NCBI GenBank assembly: GCA_038251535.1 | Contig: JBBSBF010000001.1 | Location: 2,232 to 66,231, forward strand | DNA length: 64,000 bases | Origin: Minisyncoccia bacterium | GTDB taxonomy: Bacteria > Patescibacteriota > Minisyncoccia > Phycocordibacterales > UBA9973 | Direction: 5' to 3' | In this document: piece after piece, positions 39,831-49,491 of the stretch | Position numbering within the stretch: position 1 is the first letter of the stretch | How the letters are laid out: each line of letters opens with the position of its first letter | Translations under genes and position numbers: made by a program | Notes under the pieces: generated by a model | Told to the model about the DNA's origin: nothing | Databases searched by the model: none | What the model saw: only the letters and a program-made list of their open reading frames with translations

Positions 39831-40700
39831 TTACACAATACGCTGGACAAACCCCATACTTTCAGTGATCGCACCCTTGATTTCGAGTGTAGAAAAGATG
39901 ACGTTGGCGCTACTGGGGTCGAGGTCGAGTTCGCGCATAATCTGCTCTTTGGTTTTGGGTTCGTTCAGTGTTGCGAGCACTCGTTCTTCGTCGGTATTTA
40001 ACATCAGATATGCTGAAACATCTCCGGTCGGCTTTTCGGCAAAACCGAGTTCTTGGAGGATGTCTTTTGTCTCGGTGATCGGCGTTGCACCGAGTCTGAT
40101 GAGCCAGTTCGTCCCTTTGGAGTTTGGAGACGTGATGGTCCCTGGGACGGCGCCAACGATCTTGTTGTACTCAGTGCCAAGACGTGCGGTGATGAGGGTC
40201 CCTGATTTTTCTTCTGCCTCGATAATGATAACCATGTCTGAGAGTCCTGCCTTGAGGCGATTGCGACGGGGAAATGTCCAGATGGCACCACGAGTGTCGT
40301 GTGGAAATTCTGAAACGAGTGCGCCGCCTGACTGCAAGATCTCTTCGGCGAGTCCGCGGTGTTGTGCTGGATGCAAGACATTCCAGTTGAGTCCTGAGCC
40401 AGGGAACGCAATGGTAGGAAGTCCGGCGTCGAGTGCTGCTCGATGTGCGATGGAGTCGATACCGATGGCAAGTCCTGAGACGATCGTGACGGGATATCCC
40501 GCAAGCCCTGCGATCAAAGCTTGGCAGACACTTTTGCCGTAGCTGGTGTAGTTGCGACTTCCAACGACGGTGATGTACTTTGTTCCTTTCGCTTGAGTAA
40601 GTGACCCACGCATAAAGAGTGACTTGGGAGGTTGGGGAATTTCGGCGAGTGCCGGGAATGCGTCAAAGGGATCAATCGTTGTGATAGGAAACCGCTCCAT
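39831..40700 (-). CDS. dprA: DNA-processing protein DprA
   Basis: VVGSR, IVSGLAIGIDS.AH, FPRRNRL, SGTLITA. Confidence 0.94.
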   Translation of the reverse strand: MERFPITTIDPFDAFPALAEIPQPPKSLFMRGSLTQAKGTKYITVVGSRNYTSYGKSVCQALIAGLAGYPVTIVSGLAIGIDSIAHRAALDAGLPTIAFPGSGLNWNVLHPAQHRGLAEEILQSGGALVSEFPHDTRGAIWTFPRRNRLKAGLSDMVIIIEAEEKSGTLITARLGTEYNKIVGAVPGTITSPNSKGTNWLIRLGATPITETKDILQELGFAEKPTGDVSAYLMLNTDEERVLATLNEPKTKEQIMRELDLDPSSANVIFSTLEIKGAITESMGFVQRIV

Positions 40701-40733
40701 TGAATAATTGTACCATTTTGGTACTATGTCCTT

Positions 40734-41999
40734 ATGCTCGATATTAAATTTATCAAAGAAAACCCCGACCTTATCAAAGACGCAGTTCGTAAAAAACACC
40801 TTTCATTTGATGTCGACGCGCTCCTGTTGGTTGAAGAAAAACGAAAAGCGGCGCAAGCGTTGTTTGAAACATTGCGCACTGAGCAAAACACTCTCTCGGA
40901 TGAAATTCCCAAAACAACTGATGGGGCAAAACGAGCCGAACTCATCGAATCGTTGAAACCACTCAAAGAAAAAGTACAAGCAGCCGAAGAAGACATCAAG
41001 ACCATCATGAAAGAGTGGCATACGCTCATGCTCCAGGTACCCAACGTGCCAGATGTATCAGTTCCAGAAGGAGCAAATGATGAAGAAAATGTTGAGTGCA
41101 AAATTTGGGGAGAGCAACCGATGTTTGATTTTGAGGTGAACGATCATGTAGAGCTTATGGAAAAGCTCGATATGGTGGACTTTGATAGAGGAACCAAAGT
41201 TGCAGGTTTTCGTGGGTACTTTCTCAAAAACGATGCAGTGTTGTTGCAGTTTGCATTGTGGCAGTACTGTATGCAACATGTCATCGCAAAAGGATTTTCG
41301 CCATTTGTCGTTCCTTCGTTGGTTACCAAACACTCTTTATATGGTACTGGGTATTTACCTCAAGGTGAAGAAGATTTGTACAAGACACAAGACGACGATT
41401 ACCTCGCAGGTACAGGAGAAGTAGCAATGATGTCATACCATTCTGATGAAGTGTTGGCAGTAGGCGATCTTCCCAAAAAATATGTGGCCTTCTCACCGTG
41501 TTTTCGTCGTGAAGCGGGAAGTCACGGCAAAGATGTAAAAGGGCTCATTCGAGTGCATGAATTTTACAAACTAGAACAAGTCGTACTCTGTGAGGCAAGT
41601 CACGAGATGTCAGTAAAATACCACGAAGAAGTCACCGCAAATGTTGAAGAATTGTTGCAGGCGCTTGGGCTGCATTATCACATCGTGACGAACTGCGGTG
41701 GAGATCTCGGACTAGGACAAGTCAAAAAATATGATATCGAAGTATGGATGCCAAGTCAGAAAAAATTTCGCGAGACACATTCGGCCTCATATTTTCATGA
41801 TTTTCAGACACGACGACTCAACATCAGATACAAAGATGCCGAGGGGAAACTTCGCTATGCACACTCACTCAACAACACACTCATCGCAACACCATCACGG
41901 ATGATCCCCGCTATTATAGAAAATTTTCAACAGCCCGATGGTCGTATCAAAGTGCCCGAAGTCCTTCGTCCATATGTTGGTAAAGAGTATCTTGGATAA
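40734..41999 (+). CDS. serS: Serine--tRNA ligase
   Basis: MLDIKFIKEN, CFRREAGSHGKD..GLIRVHEF, KYDIEVW, HSLNNT. Confidence 0.96.
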   Translation: MLDIKFIKENPDLIKDAVRKKHLSFDVDALLLVEEKRKAAQALFETLRTEQNTLSDEIPKTTDGAKRAELIESLKPLKEKVQAAEEDIKTIMKEWHTLMLQVPNVPDVSVPEGANDEENVECKIWGEQPMFDFEVNDHVELMEKLDMVDFDRGTKVAGFRGYFLKNDAVLLQFALWQYCMQHVIAKGFSPFVVPSLVTKHSLYGTGYLPQGEEDLYKTQDDDYLAGTGEVAMMSYHSDEVLAVGDLPKKYVAFSPCFRREAGSHGKDVKGLIRVHEFYKLEQVVLCEASHEMSVKYHEEVTANVEELLQALGLHYHIVTNCGGDLGLGQVKKYDIEVWMPSQKKFRETHSASYFHDFQTRRLNIRYKDAEGKLRYAHSLNNTLIATPSRMIPAIIENFQQPDGRIKVPEVLRPYVGKEYLG

Positions 42000-42001
42000 G
42001 T

Positions 42002-42829
42002 ATGTATGAACGGACATACCATAAAACAGTACTGAAACAAGACAGTAATGCAAAAAAGCAAAAACCCTTTCCATGGAAACTTTTCTTGTTCATCGTCGGT
42101 ATTGTGTTCGTCGTCGTTGGTATCGTCTTGTTGATCAAGCTCCCCAAATTTCAAGTGAGTCAGATACATGTAGAAGGCACGCACGTTGCTGATCCGATGG
42201 ATGTATCACAGTCCGTCATGGCTCTCCTTCAAGGTCAACATTTATGGATACTACCAAAGTCGAGCATTTTTTTAGTATCTACCTCAAGCATTTCTCATGC
42301 AGTGTTGCAGTCATATCCTCGATTTAAAACAATAGAAGTAACGCGTGACTCGATGCACTCGCTACGAGTAGTCGTATCCGAATACACTGGTCTGTATCTC
42401 TGGTGTGATAGCGATCAGGTGTGTTCATTTATGGATGAACAGGGTACCGTGTTTGCCGATGCGCCATATTTTTCAGGTAATGCATATCTCAAAATATATA
42501 AAGGAGAGCGAAAGCCGTACCCGTTCGATCCGCTCGATGATCAGGAGCGAGCTAAGATTGCGTTGATACAAGATCGACTCAAGGCGATCGACGTCGAACC
42601 GATTTCATTTTTATTTATTTCAGAGCACAATCTTTCAGTGGTATTTGATCATAGTAAGCACGACGCGAACATTATATTTGATCCAGCAAAAGATACTGAA
42701 GCTGCACTCGACATACTCTATAGCGCACTTCGTACTGAACCACTGTCGAGTCAGTATCGCGATGCATCAAAGGTACTCGAATACTTGGATGTTCGATTTG
42801 GAAATAAGGTAATTTATAAATTCCACTAG
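42002..42829 (+). CDS. FtsQ/DivIB-like cell division protein
   Basis: Single TM, POTRA-like segment, C-terminal EYLDVRFGNKV. Confidence 0.7.
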   Translation: MYERTYHKTVLKQDSNAKKQKPFPWKLFLFIVGIVFVVVGIVLLIKLPKFQVSQIHVEGTHVADPMDVSQSVMALLQGQHLWILPKSSIFLVSTSSISHAVLQSYPRFKTIEVTRDSMHSLRVVVSEYTGLYLWCDSDQVCSFMDEQGTVFADAPYFSGNAYLKIYKGERKPYPFDPLDDQERAKIALIQDRLKAIDVEPISFLFISEHNLSVVFDHSKHDANIIFDPAKDTEAALDILYSALRTEPLSSQYRDASKVLEYLDVRFGNKVIYKFH

Positions 42830-42830
42830 T

Positions 42831-43901
42831 ATGAATTTTTGGCAAACACTGCGACATGAGCGAAAGCCGTTTTTTTGTGTCGCACCCATGGCTGATGTGA
42901 CCGATGCGGCATTTCGTCGTCTCATTGTTCGATACGGCAAACCAGACGTCATGTGGACTGAGTTTGTCTCTGCCAACGGACTGATGAGTGGCGGGCGTGA
43001 GGTGCTCGCTCGCGACCTGGTGTATAGCGAAGGAGAGCGACCGATTGTGGCACAGCTTTTTTCTTCAGATCCGGTGATGATGGAAGGTGCAGTGAAGCTT
43101 GCGTGTGAGCTTGGGTTTGATGGAGTAGATATCAACATGGGTTGCCCTGACAAAACGATCGAGAAGCAAGGATCGGGAGCCGCAATGATCAAAGACCCCG
43201 ATGCAGCACTTGCCGTTATTAACGCCGCGAAGCGTGCGATCAAGGCCTCGGGCAAAGATATCCCACTTTCAGTCAAAACACGTGTTGGGTACAACAGCGT
43301 GCAGATCGATACCTGGATACCGATGCTCCTCTCTACGGGTATCGCCGCGCTGTCCGTGCATGCACGCACTCGCAAAGACATGTCAAAAGTTCCTGCTCAG
43401 TGGGACTATATCAAACAGGTCGTCCTCCTTCGTGACGCTCTTGCACCCGACACGGTCGTCATCGGTAACGGGGACGTGACGAGTCTCCATGACGGGAGAG
43501 CAAAGGCAACGATGAGTGGCTGCGACGGCGTGATGGCAGGGCGTGCACTGTTTGGAAATCCATGGTTTTTTGACGAGAGTAGGGAAGTCAATGCAACGCT
43601 TCCAAAGCGATCGATGTTTTACAAGGTGCCACTACTGAAAATGTTTTTTGATACAAAGCGTGGCGCTCCGATGTCAAAAACAAATCCGATCACGATAGAA
43701 GAACGGCTCCATGTTTTAGTGGAGCACACAGAGCTTTTTGAAGAACTTCTGGGTGATATCAAAAGCTTCGCCATCATGAAAAAACATTTCAAGGCGTACT
43801 GCACAGGGTTTACTGGTGCAAAAGAGTTGCGTATACAACTCATGGAGACCAAGAGCAGTGAAGAGACGAGACATATTGTGGAAGGATTTCTAAAGAATTG
43901 A
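42831..43901 (+). CDS. dus: tRNA-dihydrouridine synthase
   Basis: APMADVTD, DINMGCP, VKTRVG, VHART, IGNGD. Confidence 0.93.
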   Translation: MNFWQTLRHERKPFFCVAPMADVTDAAFRRLIVRYGKPDVMWTEFVSANGLMSGGREVLARDLVYSEGERPIVAQLFSSDPVMMEGAVKLACELGFDGVDINMGCPDKTIEKQGSGAAMIKDPDAALAVINAAKRAIKASGKDIPLSVKTRVGYNSVQIDTWIPMLLSTGIAALSVHARTRKDMSKVPAQWDYIKQVVLLRDALAPDTVVIGNGDVTSLHDGRAKATMSGCDGVMAGRALFGNPWFFDESREVNATLPKRSMFYKVPLLKMFFDTKRGAPMSKTNPITIEERLHVLVEHTELFEELLGDIKSFAIMKKHFKAYCTGFTGAKELRIQLMETKSSEETRHIVEGFLKN

Positions 43902-43943
43902 CAAAAATGTATACTTATGGTATTGTTTCAAAAAATATTATTT

Positions 43944-44417
43944 ATGAGACATGAAGATATAACAGCTATTGTAGGTGGAGCTGTAGAAACAAATTTACAA
44001 CTTACAAACCACGCCTGCTCATTAAAAGAAATTTTGAAAGAAAAAGAACAGAAACTTGATTTATCACATCATAACGTGAAAAGTCAGATTAGGTTTGTAA
44101 TAAACAATTATTACGACCATAATAATGATTACTTTTCTGATTTTTTAAATCAACAAGTGCCCGCAGGGCATGAAAAAGATTATGGATTGGAAATACAACA
44201 TGTTGCGGATCGGTTCGGAGCAAGCAATCTACTGTATCTGACTTATGCTATCAAGCACACATTACTGACTGGTACGCGTACAGAAGTTGTACTCAAAGAT
44301 AAGCAGACTCTTGAAAAATTGGAAGATTTTTTCTCAGGAATTGAAAAAGCGCTTGATCTGTTTATTCAGCGAATTGCAGTTGATAATACATATGTGGTTA
44401 TAGATAAGAAAAAGTAA
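43944..44417 (+). CDS. AT-rich orphan
   Basis: TTGACA-N17-TATTGT at 43898; terminator at 44424-44454. Confidence 0.65.
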   Translation: MRHEDITAIVGGAVETNLQLTNHACSLKEILKEKEQKLDLSHHNVKSQIRFVINNYYDHNNDYFSDFLNQQVPAGHEKDYGLEIQHVADRFGASNLLYLTYAIKHTLLTGTRTEVVLKDKQTLEKLEDFFSGIEKALDLFIQRIAVDNTYVVIDKKK

Positions 44418-44474
44418 ATAAGTAAATCCCTGCCCAAAAAAGCAGGGATTTTTTAATTCTGTTACAATAGCGCT

Positions 44475-45533
44475 ATGAAAGATGCGATGCTAAACCAGGT
44501 GTTTTACCGAAAATATCGGCCAGATGATTGGAAAAAAGTCATCGGGCAAGAACACATCGTATCAGTACTCGAAGCATCCATACGAAACAACACCTTTTCT
44601 CACGCGTACCTGTTCACGGGTAGCCGTGGTACGGGCAAAACGTCAGTTGCCCGTATCTTTGCGGCTTCTCTTGGTACTAACCCCGAAGACATCAATGAGA
44701 TCGATGCCGCATCAAACCGGAGTATCGACGACATCCGAGAGTTGCGCCAAGCAGTACGCGTGTTGCCGTTTTCATCAGTGTTCAAGGTTTACATTATCGA
44801 CGAGGTACACATGTTGACCAAGGATGCATTCAATGCACTTTTGAAGACGCTCGAAGAGCCACCGGCGCATGTGATATTTATCCTCGCGACAACAGAGCAG
44901 GGCAAAGTACCTGAGACGATACTCTCGCGATGTCAGGTGTTTTCGTTCAGAAAACCAACAGAAAAAATACTTGCACAAACGCTGCGTGATGTCGCCACGA
45001 AAGAATCATTTACCATCGACGCAGAGTCGGCGTCCTTGATCGCTTTTCTTTCTGAAGGATCGTTTCGCGATGCGCTCGGCATGCTGCAAAAGATTTGCTC
45101 AGGTTCCCCGACTCGAGTGATCACGAGAGAGGTCGTAGAGATGATCACTGGCGCCCCGACGCTCTCGACCATCACCGAGCTCTACCGCGCACTGATCGTA
45201 CGAGATATCGATCTCGCGTACCAGACACTCGCTCGTGCACAGGCACATCACACTGATATGATGCTGTTGGCGAGCCTGTTTCTCGATGTTATGCGTGCAT
45301 CTCTCATGTATCGGTATGCGCCGTCGATGCGAGAGACATTTGAAGATGAGCATTCGGAGGTGTATGTCGAGCTTGTCAAAGCGGGTGCGATCGAAGGTAT
45401 GGAGGCGATATCATCTCGCGGCGTTATCGCGATGATTACGGCGATTGAGCGCATCGCGTACGCAGCAGTCCCGGCGTTACCGCTCGAACTCGCGATGATC
45501 GAGATGATGGGGATTGAATCTTCGTTGAAATAG
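44475..45533 (+). CDS. dnaX: DNA polymerase III subunit gamma/tau (short form)
   Basis: YRKYRP, HAYLFTGSRGTGKTS, EIDAASN, IIDEVHML, SRCQ. Confidence 0.95.
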   Translation: MKDAMLNQVFYRKYRPDDWKKVIGQEHIVSVLEASIRNNTFSHAYLFTGSRGTGKTSVARIFAASLGTNPEDINEIDAASNRSIDDIRELRQAVRVLPFSSVFKVYIIDEVHMLTKDAFNALLKTLEEPPAHVIFILATTEQGKVPETILSRCQVFSFRKPTEKILAQTLRDVATKESFTIDAESASLIAFLSEGSFRDALGMLQKICSGSPTRVITREVVEMITGAPTLSTITELYRALIVRDIDLAYQTLARAQAHHTDMMLLASLFLDVMRASLMYRYAPSMRETFEDEHSEVYVELVKAGAIEGMEAISSRGVIAMITAIERIAYAAVPALPLELAMIEMMGIESSLK

Positions 45534-45760
45534 CATACATTTTGTGTTATAAAATATCAGCGTCTCGGGGAATCGTTCTCATGCTCCCGTTTTCTTAAAC
45601 CGAAGGTTTGTAGAAAACGCAGTGCAGAGAGAGCGAAGCTCGAATCGTAGTACGACGCGAGTCCTACTATTGGGGAATCGTCTGGTGGTGGGAATACAAA
45701 TGAATCTGCTTTCATTTGTATCCGGTTCCGAAGGAATGCAGTGCTTTTTGTAAACAAAGC

Positions 45761-45831
45761 TGGGGAATCGTCTAATGGTAGGACAACGGATTTTGGTTCC
45801 GTTTATCTAGGTTCGAGTCCTAGTTCCCCAG
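45761..45831 (+). tRNA. tRNA-Gln(TTG)
   Basis: Acceptor TGGGGAA/TTCCCCA, anticodon arm ACGGA-TT-TTG-GT-TCCGT, T-arm CTAGG-TTCGAGT-CCTAG. Confidence 0.97.
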
Positions 45832-45960
45832 CTTTGAGTGCAAATCACTGCAAGGGGATTTTGGTTCCGTTTACTATAGGTCCCTATTTTTAATGAACGA
45901 AGTGATTATAAAAATAGTGGATCTCGACCAGCGGAAGAGGCGAGTCCTAGTTCCCCAGCA
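45829..45960 (+). repeat. ~130-bp non-coding unit: partial tRNA-Gln copy with hairpin insert (copy 1)
   Basis: Contains GGATTTTGGTTCCGTTTA and CGAGTCCTAGTTCCCCAGC from the tRNA; near-identical to 47178-47308. Confidence 0.92.
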
Positions 45961-46009
45961 AACAAAAAACTGTATTTAATAAATACAGTTTTAAAATAGT
46001 TTTTTAATT

Positions 46010-46354
46010 TTAAGCAATGCCTAAAATCTTCCGCTCTTCCGGTGAAAGCTTTTTAAGTGCAGCTTCTTTAATTTTCAAAATTTCTTTTTCATCATCAAAG
46101 TGCAAGGCTGTTCTTGATTCATTCATAGTAAATCCATTTTTACCGTCTGAAAGTACAAATACTTCATCAACCTTTACTCTGTTAGAGTCATTTTGTTGCC
46201 CAGCAAATGCTTTAGCAACATCAGGGTTTTTGAAGAAACCAAGAGAAACAGGATTTAGTCCGTCTACGTCTACTCGGTAGACTTCGCTCATGAGAACAAT
46301 TTTATAAGAACTTAAATCTTGTCCAATGAGTTTCTCAAGAAATTTGTTTATCAT
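46010..46354 (-). CDS. Array cassette 1: hypothetical protein
   Basis: 114 aa ending ALKKLSPEERKILGI; -35 at 46402-46407; terminator at ~45965-45992. Confidence 0.75.
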   Translation of the reverse strand: MINKFLEKLIGQDLSSYKIVLMSEVYRVDVDGLNPVSLGFFKNPDVAKAFAGQQNDSNRVKVDEVFVLSDGKNGFTMNESRTALHFDDEKEILKIKEAALKKLSPEERKILGIA

Positions 46355-46480
46355 TGTATGGTAGTTTTAATTTAAATGGATATTATAATATTTCCTTTAT
46401 TTGTCAATCAATATGGTTCTAACATCGTCCCAGACCCCTAGCAAATAAAAAACTGCATCAATTGTTGATGCAGTTTAAAG

Positions 46481-47101
46481 CTATCTATTCCAGAAATAGG
46501 CGAACAGGAAAATAATCACACCGCCACAGATAACAATCCATAAACGTAAGAGGAAGACCCTGATAGGAGTGTCGTGTACTTCAATAGGTGAACTAAACCA
46601 ACCAAAAGGACTTATAAAGCGTTTAATAATATTTTTCTGTATTGCTGAATAGATGATTACCCATTCTGCAACAAAAACATCTTTTCCGTTTTGGTTCATT
46701 CCTTTGATCTGCCAGATACATTCTGCGTGACATTTTGTCTCTGGAAGTTTTTTCTGTAAAAGTGTATAGGTATACATTATCTTATCTCCCATATTTACAG
46801 GGCGTAGGTAACGAATATTGTTATAACCTTTTGCAATAATTTCTGTAGGTTCGGCAAACTTGAGAATTTTAAAAATAAAACTTTCAGCTTGTGCCAGTGT
46901 GCTAATACCATGTCTAGCTAATCCGCCAAGTTTTGATTTGAAGTTTGTGGTCGTAAAGGGGTTAATATGAATGGGATTTAAATCGCCAGTCAAAAATCCA
47001 AACAGGAGTGTCCACAAGTATTTCGCCTTTTTCTTTGGGGAAGTATAGGTGTAGTTTTCTGGAATAGTAGCTATGTCTGAGTAAGATTTAAGGTACAACA
47101 T
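46481..47101 (-). CDS. Array cassette 2: MaoC-like hotdog-fold protein with C-terminal TM
   Basis: FGFLTGDLNPIH, ARHG, IRYLRPVNMGD, NQNGKDV. Confidence 0.8.
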   Translation of the reverse strand: MLYLKSYSDIATIPENYTYTSPKKKAKYLWTLLFGFLTGDLNPIHINPFTTTNFKSKLGGLARHGISTLAQAESFIFKILKFAEPTEIIAKGYNNIRYLRPVNMGDKIMYTYTLLQKKLPETKCHAECIWQIKGMNQNGKDVFVAEWVIIYSAIQKNIIKRFISPFGWFSSPIEVHDTPIRVFLLRLWIVICGGVIIFLFAYFWNR

Positions 47102-47177
47102 GCTATATGATTTTTCTGTATATTACATACTATTTATAATTTGTCAATAATTCGGTTCGAATATCGTCCCAGGCCCT

Positions 47178-47308
47178 CAGCTTTGAGTGCAAATCACTGC
47201 AAGGGGATTTTGGTTCCGTTTACTATAGGTCCCAATTTTAAGAAAGGGAGTGATTATAAAAATAGTGGATCTCGACCAACGGAAGAGGCGAGTCCTAGTT
47301 CCCCAACA
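47178..47308 (+). repeat. ~130-bp non-coding unit (copy 2)
   Basis: Matches 45829-45960 except mainly in the hairpin loop. Confidence 0.92.
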
Positions 47309-47364
47309 AGTAAAAATAAGCAATAAAAAAAGAAGCAATTTTAATGCTTCTTAATAACTTTGTA

Positions 47365-47640
47365 CTAAAACCCATCTAATAAAAGTCTTGTGAACGCTAT
47401 CGTCCACATGACGATCAATCCGTATATATCTGCAGGAATTGTTTTCTGTGCCCCAGAATGTATGCCGTAGCCGATTCGACCAATGAAGATCGTACCCGAT
47501 AGAAAGGCAAAGAGGAAACTGGAGTGTATATGATGAGTAGTTATTCCAAAATATAATTCGTACCCGCCACCAATAGTTACATAAATAAATACAATGATTT
47601 TTGTTATGTTGCCCCATTTAGCAGCTTTTAGACTATTCAT
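47365..47640 (-). CDS. Array cassette 3: small 3-TM membrane protein
   Basis: Hydrophobic 91 aa; TTGACA-N17-TATAAT on the minus strand ending at 47692. Confidence 0.7.
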   Translation of the reverse strand: MNSLKAAKWGNITKIIVFIYVTIGGGYELYFGITTHHIHSSFLFAFLSGTIFIGRIGYGIHSGAQKTIPADIYGLIVMWTIAFTRLLLDGF

Positions 47641-47776
47641 TTGTAAACGTTTTAATTAATTGTATTATAGCATTATTATTCTATATTGTCAATGTAATAC
47701 AAGTTCTAACATCGTCCCACAGCCTCAGCTCGTAAAATGGAAATAAAAAAGTCTCTCAAAAAAGAGAGACTCTGGT

Positions 47777-48178
47777 TTAATTATTTCCCGCATTTTTCTT
47801 TGAAAGTAAATCAAGCTGCATGTCGATATCTATATCTTCCAATTTTGTATTTGGAAGATCGATTTGTAGACCAATACTTACAGAAAATTTATGCCCTTCA
47901 TTATTTAGGATACCTTGCAATTTTTCTTGAAGGAAAAGGTATTCACCCATAGGGGGTAAAATAATTTCTATTTCTTCAACAATTATTCCTTTGCGTACAC
48001 AGCTTCCTGCAAGAAACCCTATAATATGAAGTAGCTCTTTTTCAAACCCACGCATGTCTTCATTTTTGATAATAACAGGAATAGAAGCGGGTAAAGATTT
48101 TGTATAGGGAAGTATAATTTTAAAGAACTGGTTAGGTTGACGAACACAATACACAGTTTCAAAAGAAGTATTTATCAT
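47777..48178 (-). CDS. Array cassette 4: hypothetical protein
   Basis: 133 aa; -35 at 48219-48224; terminator at ~47745-47772. Confidence 0.7.
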   Translation of the reverse strand: MINTSFETVYCVRQPNQFFKIILPYTKSLPASIPVIIKNEDMRGFEKELLHIIGFLAGSCVRKGIIVEEIEIILPPMGEYLFLQEKLQGILNNEGHKFSVSIGLQIDLPNTKLEDIDIDMQLDLLSKKNAGNN

Positions 48179-48296
48179 CTTTTATTGTTTTTAGTATAAT
48201 GCTATATATTAACAATATTGTCAATGATTTTAGTTCCAATATCGTCCCACAGCGCCAGCAAACACAAAGGAATCGAACTTTTAGTATAATTAAGGC

Positions 48297-48845
48297 ATGT
48301 CAATAAAAATTACATATTTTGTTCATGGGACTACGACTGATAATGAGAACAATATTTCTTCAGGATGGAAAGATGTCCCACTTTCTGATCTCGGAATTAA
48401 GCAATCAATAGAACTAAAGGAACAAACGAAATATCAGAAATTTGATATAGTATTTTGCTCTGATTTAAGGCGCGCAGTTGATTCAGCAAAACTATCTTGG
48501 GAAGGCATGTATGAGATTATTCCTGATGCACGACTACGAGAATGTAACTACGGAAGCTTGAATGGTGCATCATCAGACATAGTTGAACCAATGCAGGAGG
48601 ACGAATGTATTGTGAATAAATTTCCAGAAGGTGAAAGTTATGAAGACGTCAAGATTAGAATTACAGACTTCCTCAAATTTCTAAAAGCTAACTATGATGG
48701 CAAACATATTGCAATAGTTGCTCACAAGGCTCCACAACTAGCTTTGGACGTTTTGATCAAAGGTAAGATATGGAAACAAGCGCTCGCCGAAGATTGGCGT
48801 AAAACTAGGTCTTGGAAACCCGGCTGGGAATATCAGGTTAACTAA
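48297..48845 (+). CDS. Array cassette 5: histidine phosphatase family protein
   Basis: FVHGTT.DN, SDLRRA.DSA, LRECNYG, GES, IVAH. Confidence 0.88.
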   Translation: MSIKITYFVHGTTTDNENNISSGWKDVPLSDLGIKQSIELKEQTKYQKFDIVFCSDLRRAVDSAKLSWEGMYEIIPDARLRECNYGSLNGASSDIVEPMQEDECIVNKFPEGESYEDVKIRITDFLKFLKANYDGKHIAIVAHKAPQLALDVLIKGKIWKQALAEDWRKTRSWKPGWEYQVN

Positions 48846-48912
48846 TCAAAGTTCTAACAACGTCCCACAGCGCCAGCAAGTAAGTTTCAACATAATTTGA
48901 TATAATCATTTC

Positions 48913-49491
48913 ATGAATGAAGAAATGAAAAGTGGTCCGAGCCCTGAAGAAAAACAAAGATTAGAAAAGATTGCACAAGAAAAGGAAGAAAGTGAATGGT
49001 TACAAGATTACTTATCGAGACAACCTCAAGAGGAAGTGACTACTCCAGAAGAAGCTGCTGAGCTCGTGGCACGTTTTGAAAAATTGACATTGGCCTTTGA
49101 TGCAGCCCATTCTCTTGAGGCATTGCTATCAATAGAAGAAATTTCTTCTGACCTTGCGGAGTTGTACCTCAATGCCCCCATACTCGACAATCCATTACGG
49201 ATAATTGCGGATATAAAAACTTTAGAAAAGCACAATCCTACACACGTACCTATCTATAAAGCAAAGATTGAGAGGCTTCAGTCTTTGGTGTTGAACGACG
49301 AAGAGAAAAGAATATATAACTTGCGAATGGCTGCGCGTAAAGATTATGATTATATGAATATGATATTGGGATTTATTAAAAAATGTTCTTCTTTACCCAG
49401 TGATCAAGTTGAAGCACTTGCAAAACGAAGTAAGACTTACTCAAACGCTATTGGAATACTCAGAAACAATAAAATTGTTCACGATCTTTGA
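48913..49491 (+). CDS. Array cassette 6: hypothetical helical protein
   Basis: 192-aa ORF; TGATATAAT 6 nt before ATG. Confidence 0.72.
   Translation: MNEEMKSGPSPEEKQRLEKIAQEKEESEWLQDYLSRQPQEEVTTPEEAAELVARFEKLTLAFDAAHSLEALLSIEEISSDLAELYLNAPILDNPLRIIADIKTLEKHNPTHVPIYKAKIERLQSLVLNDEEKRIYNLRMAARKDYDYMNMILGFIKKCSSLPSDQVEALAKRSKTYSNAIGILRNNKIVHDL

Noticed and set aside
39802-40542. 246-aa plus-strand ORF and other long antisense ORFs (for example 56410-57219, 42767-43381)
   Set aside because: They are shadows of well-supported genes on the opposite strand (dprA, DEAD-box helicase, dus) and show no motifs.
45722-45743. CCGGTTCCGAAGGAATGCAG as SRP RNA domain IV
   Set aside because: Only a loose match to CAGGTCCGGAAGGAAGCAG and no enclosing long SRP stem; the segment is accounted for by tRNA fragments and leader-trailer pairing.
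45855-45960. Intron-containing functional second tRNA-Gln
   Set aside because: The copy lacks the 5' acceptor strand and D-arm, so removing the insert would not give a full tRNA.
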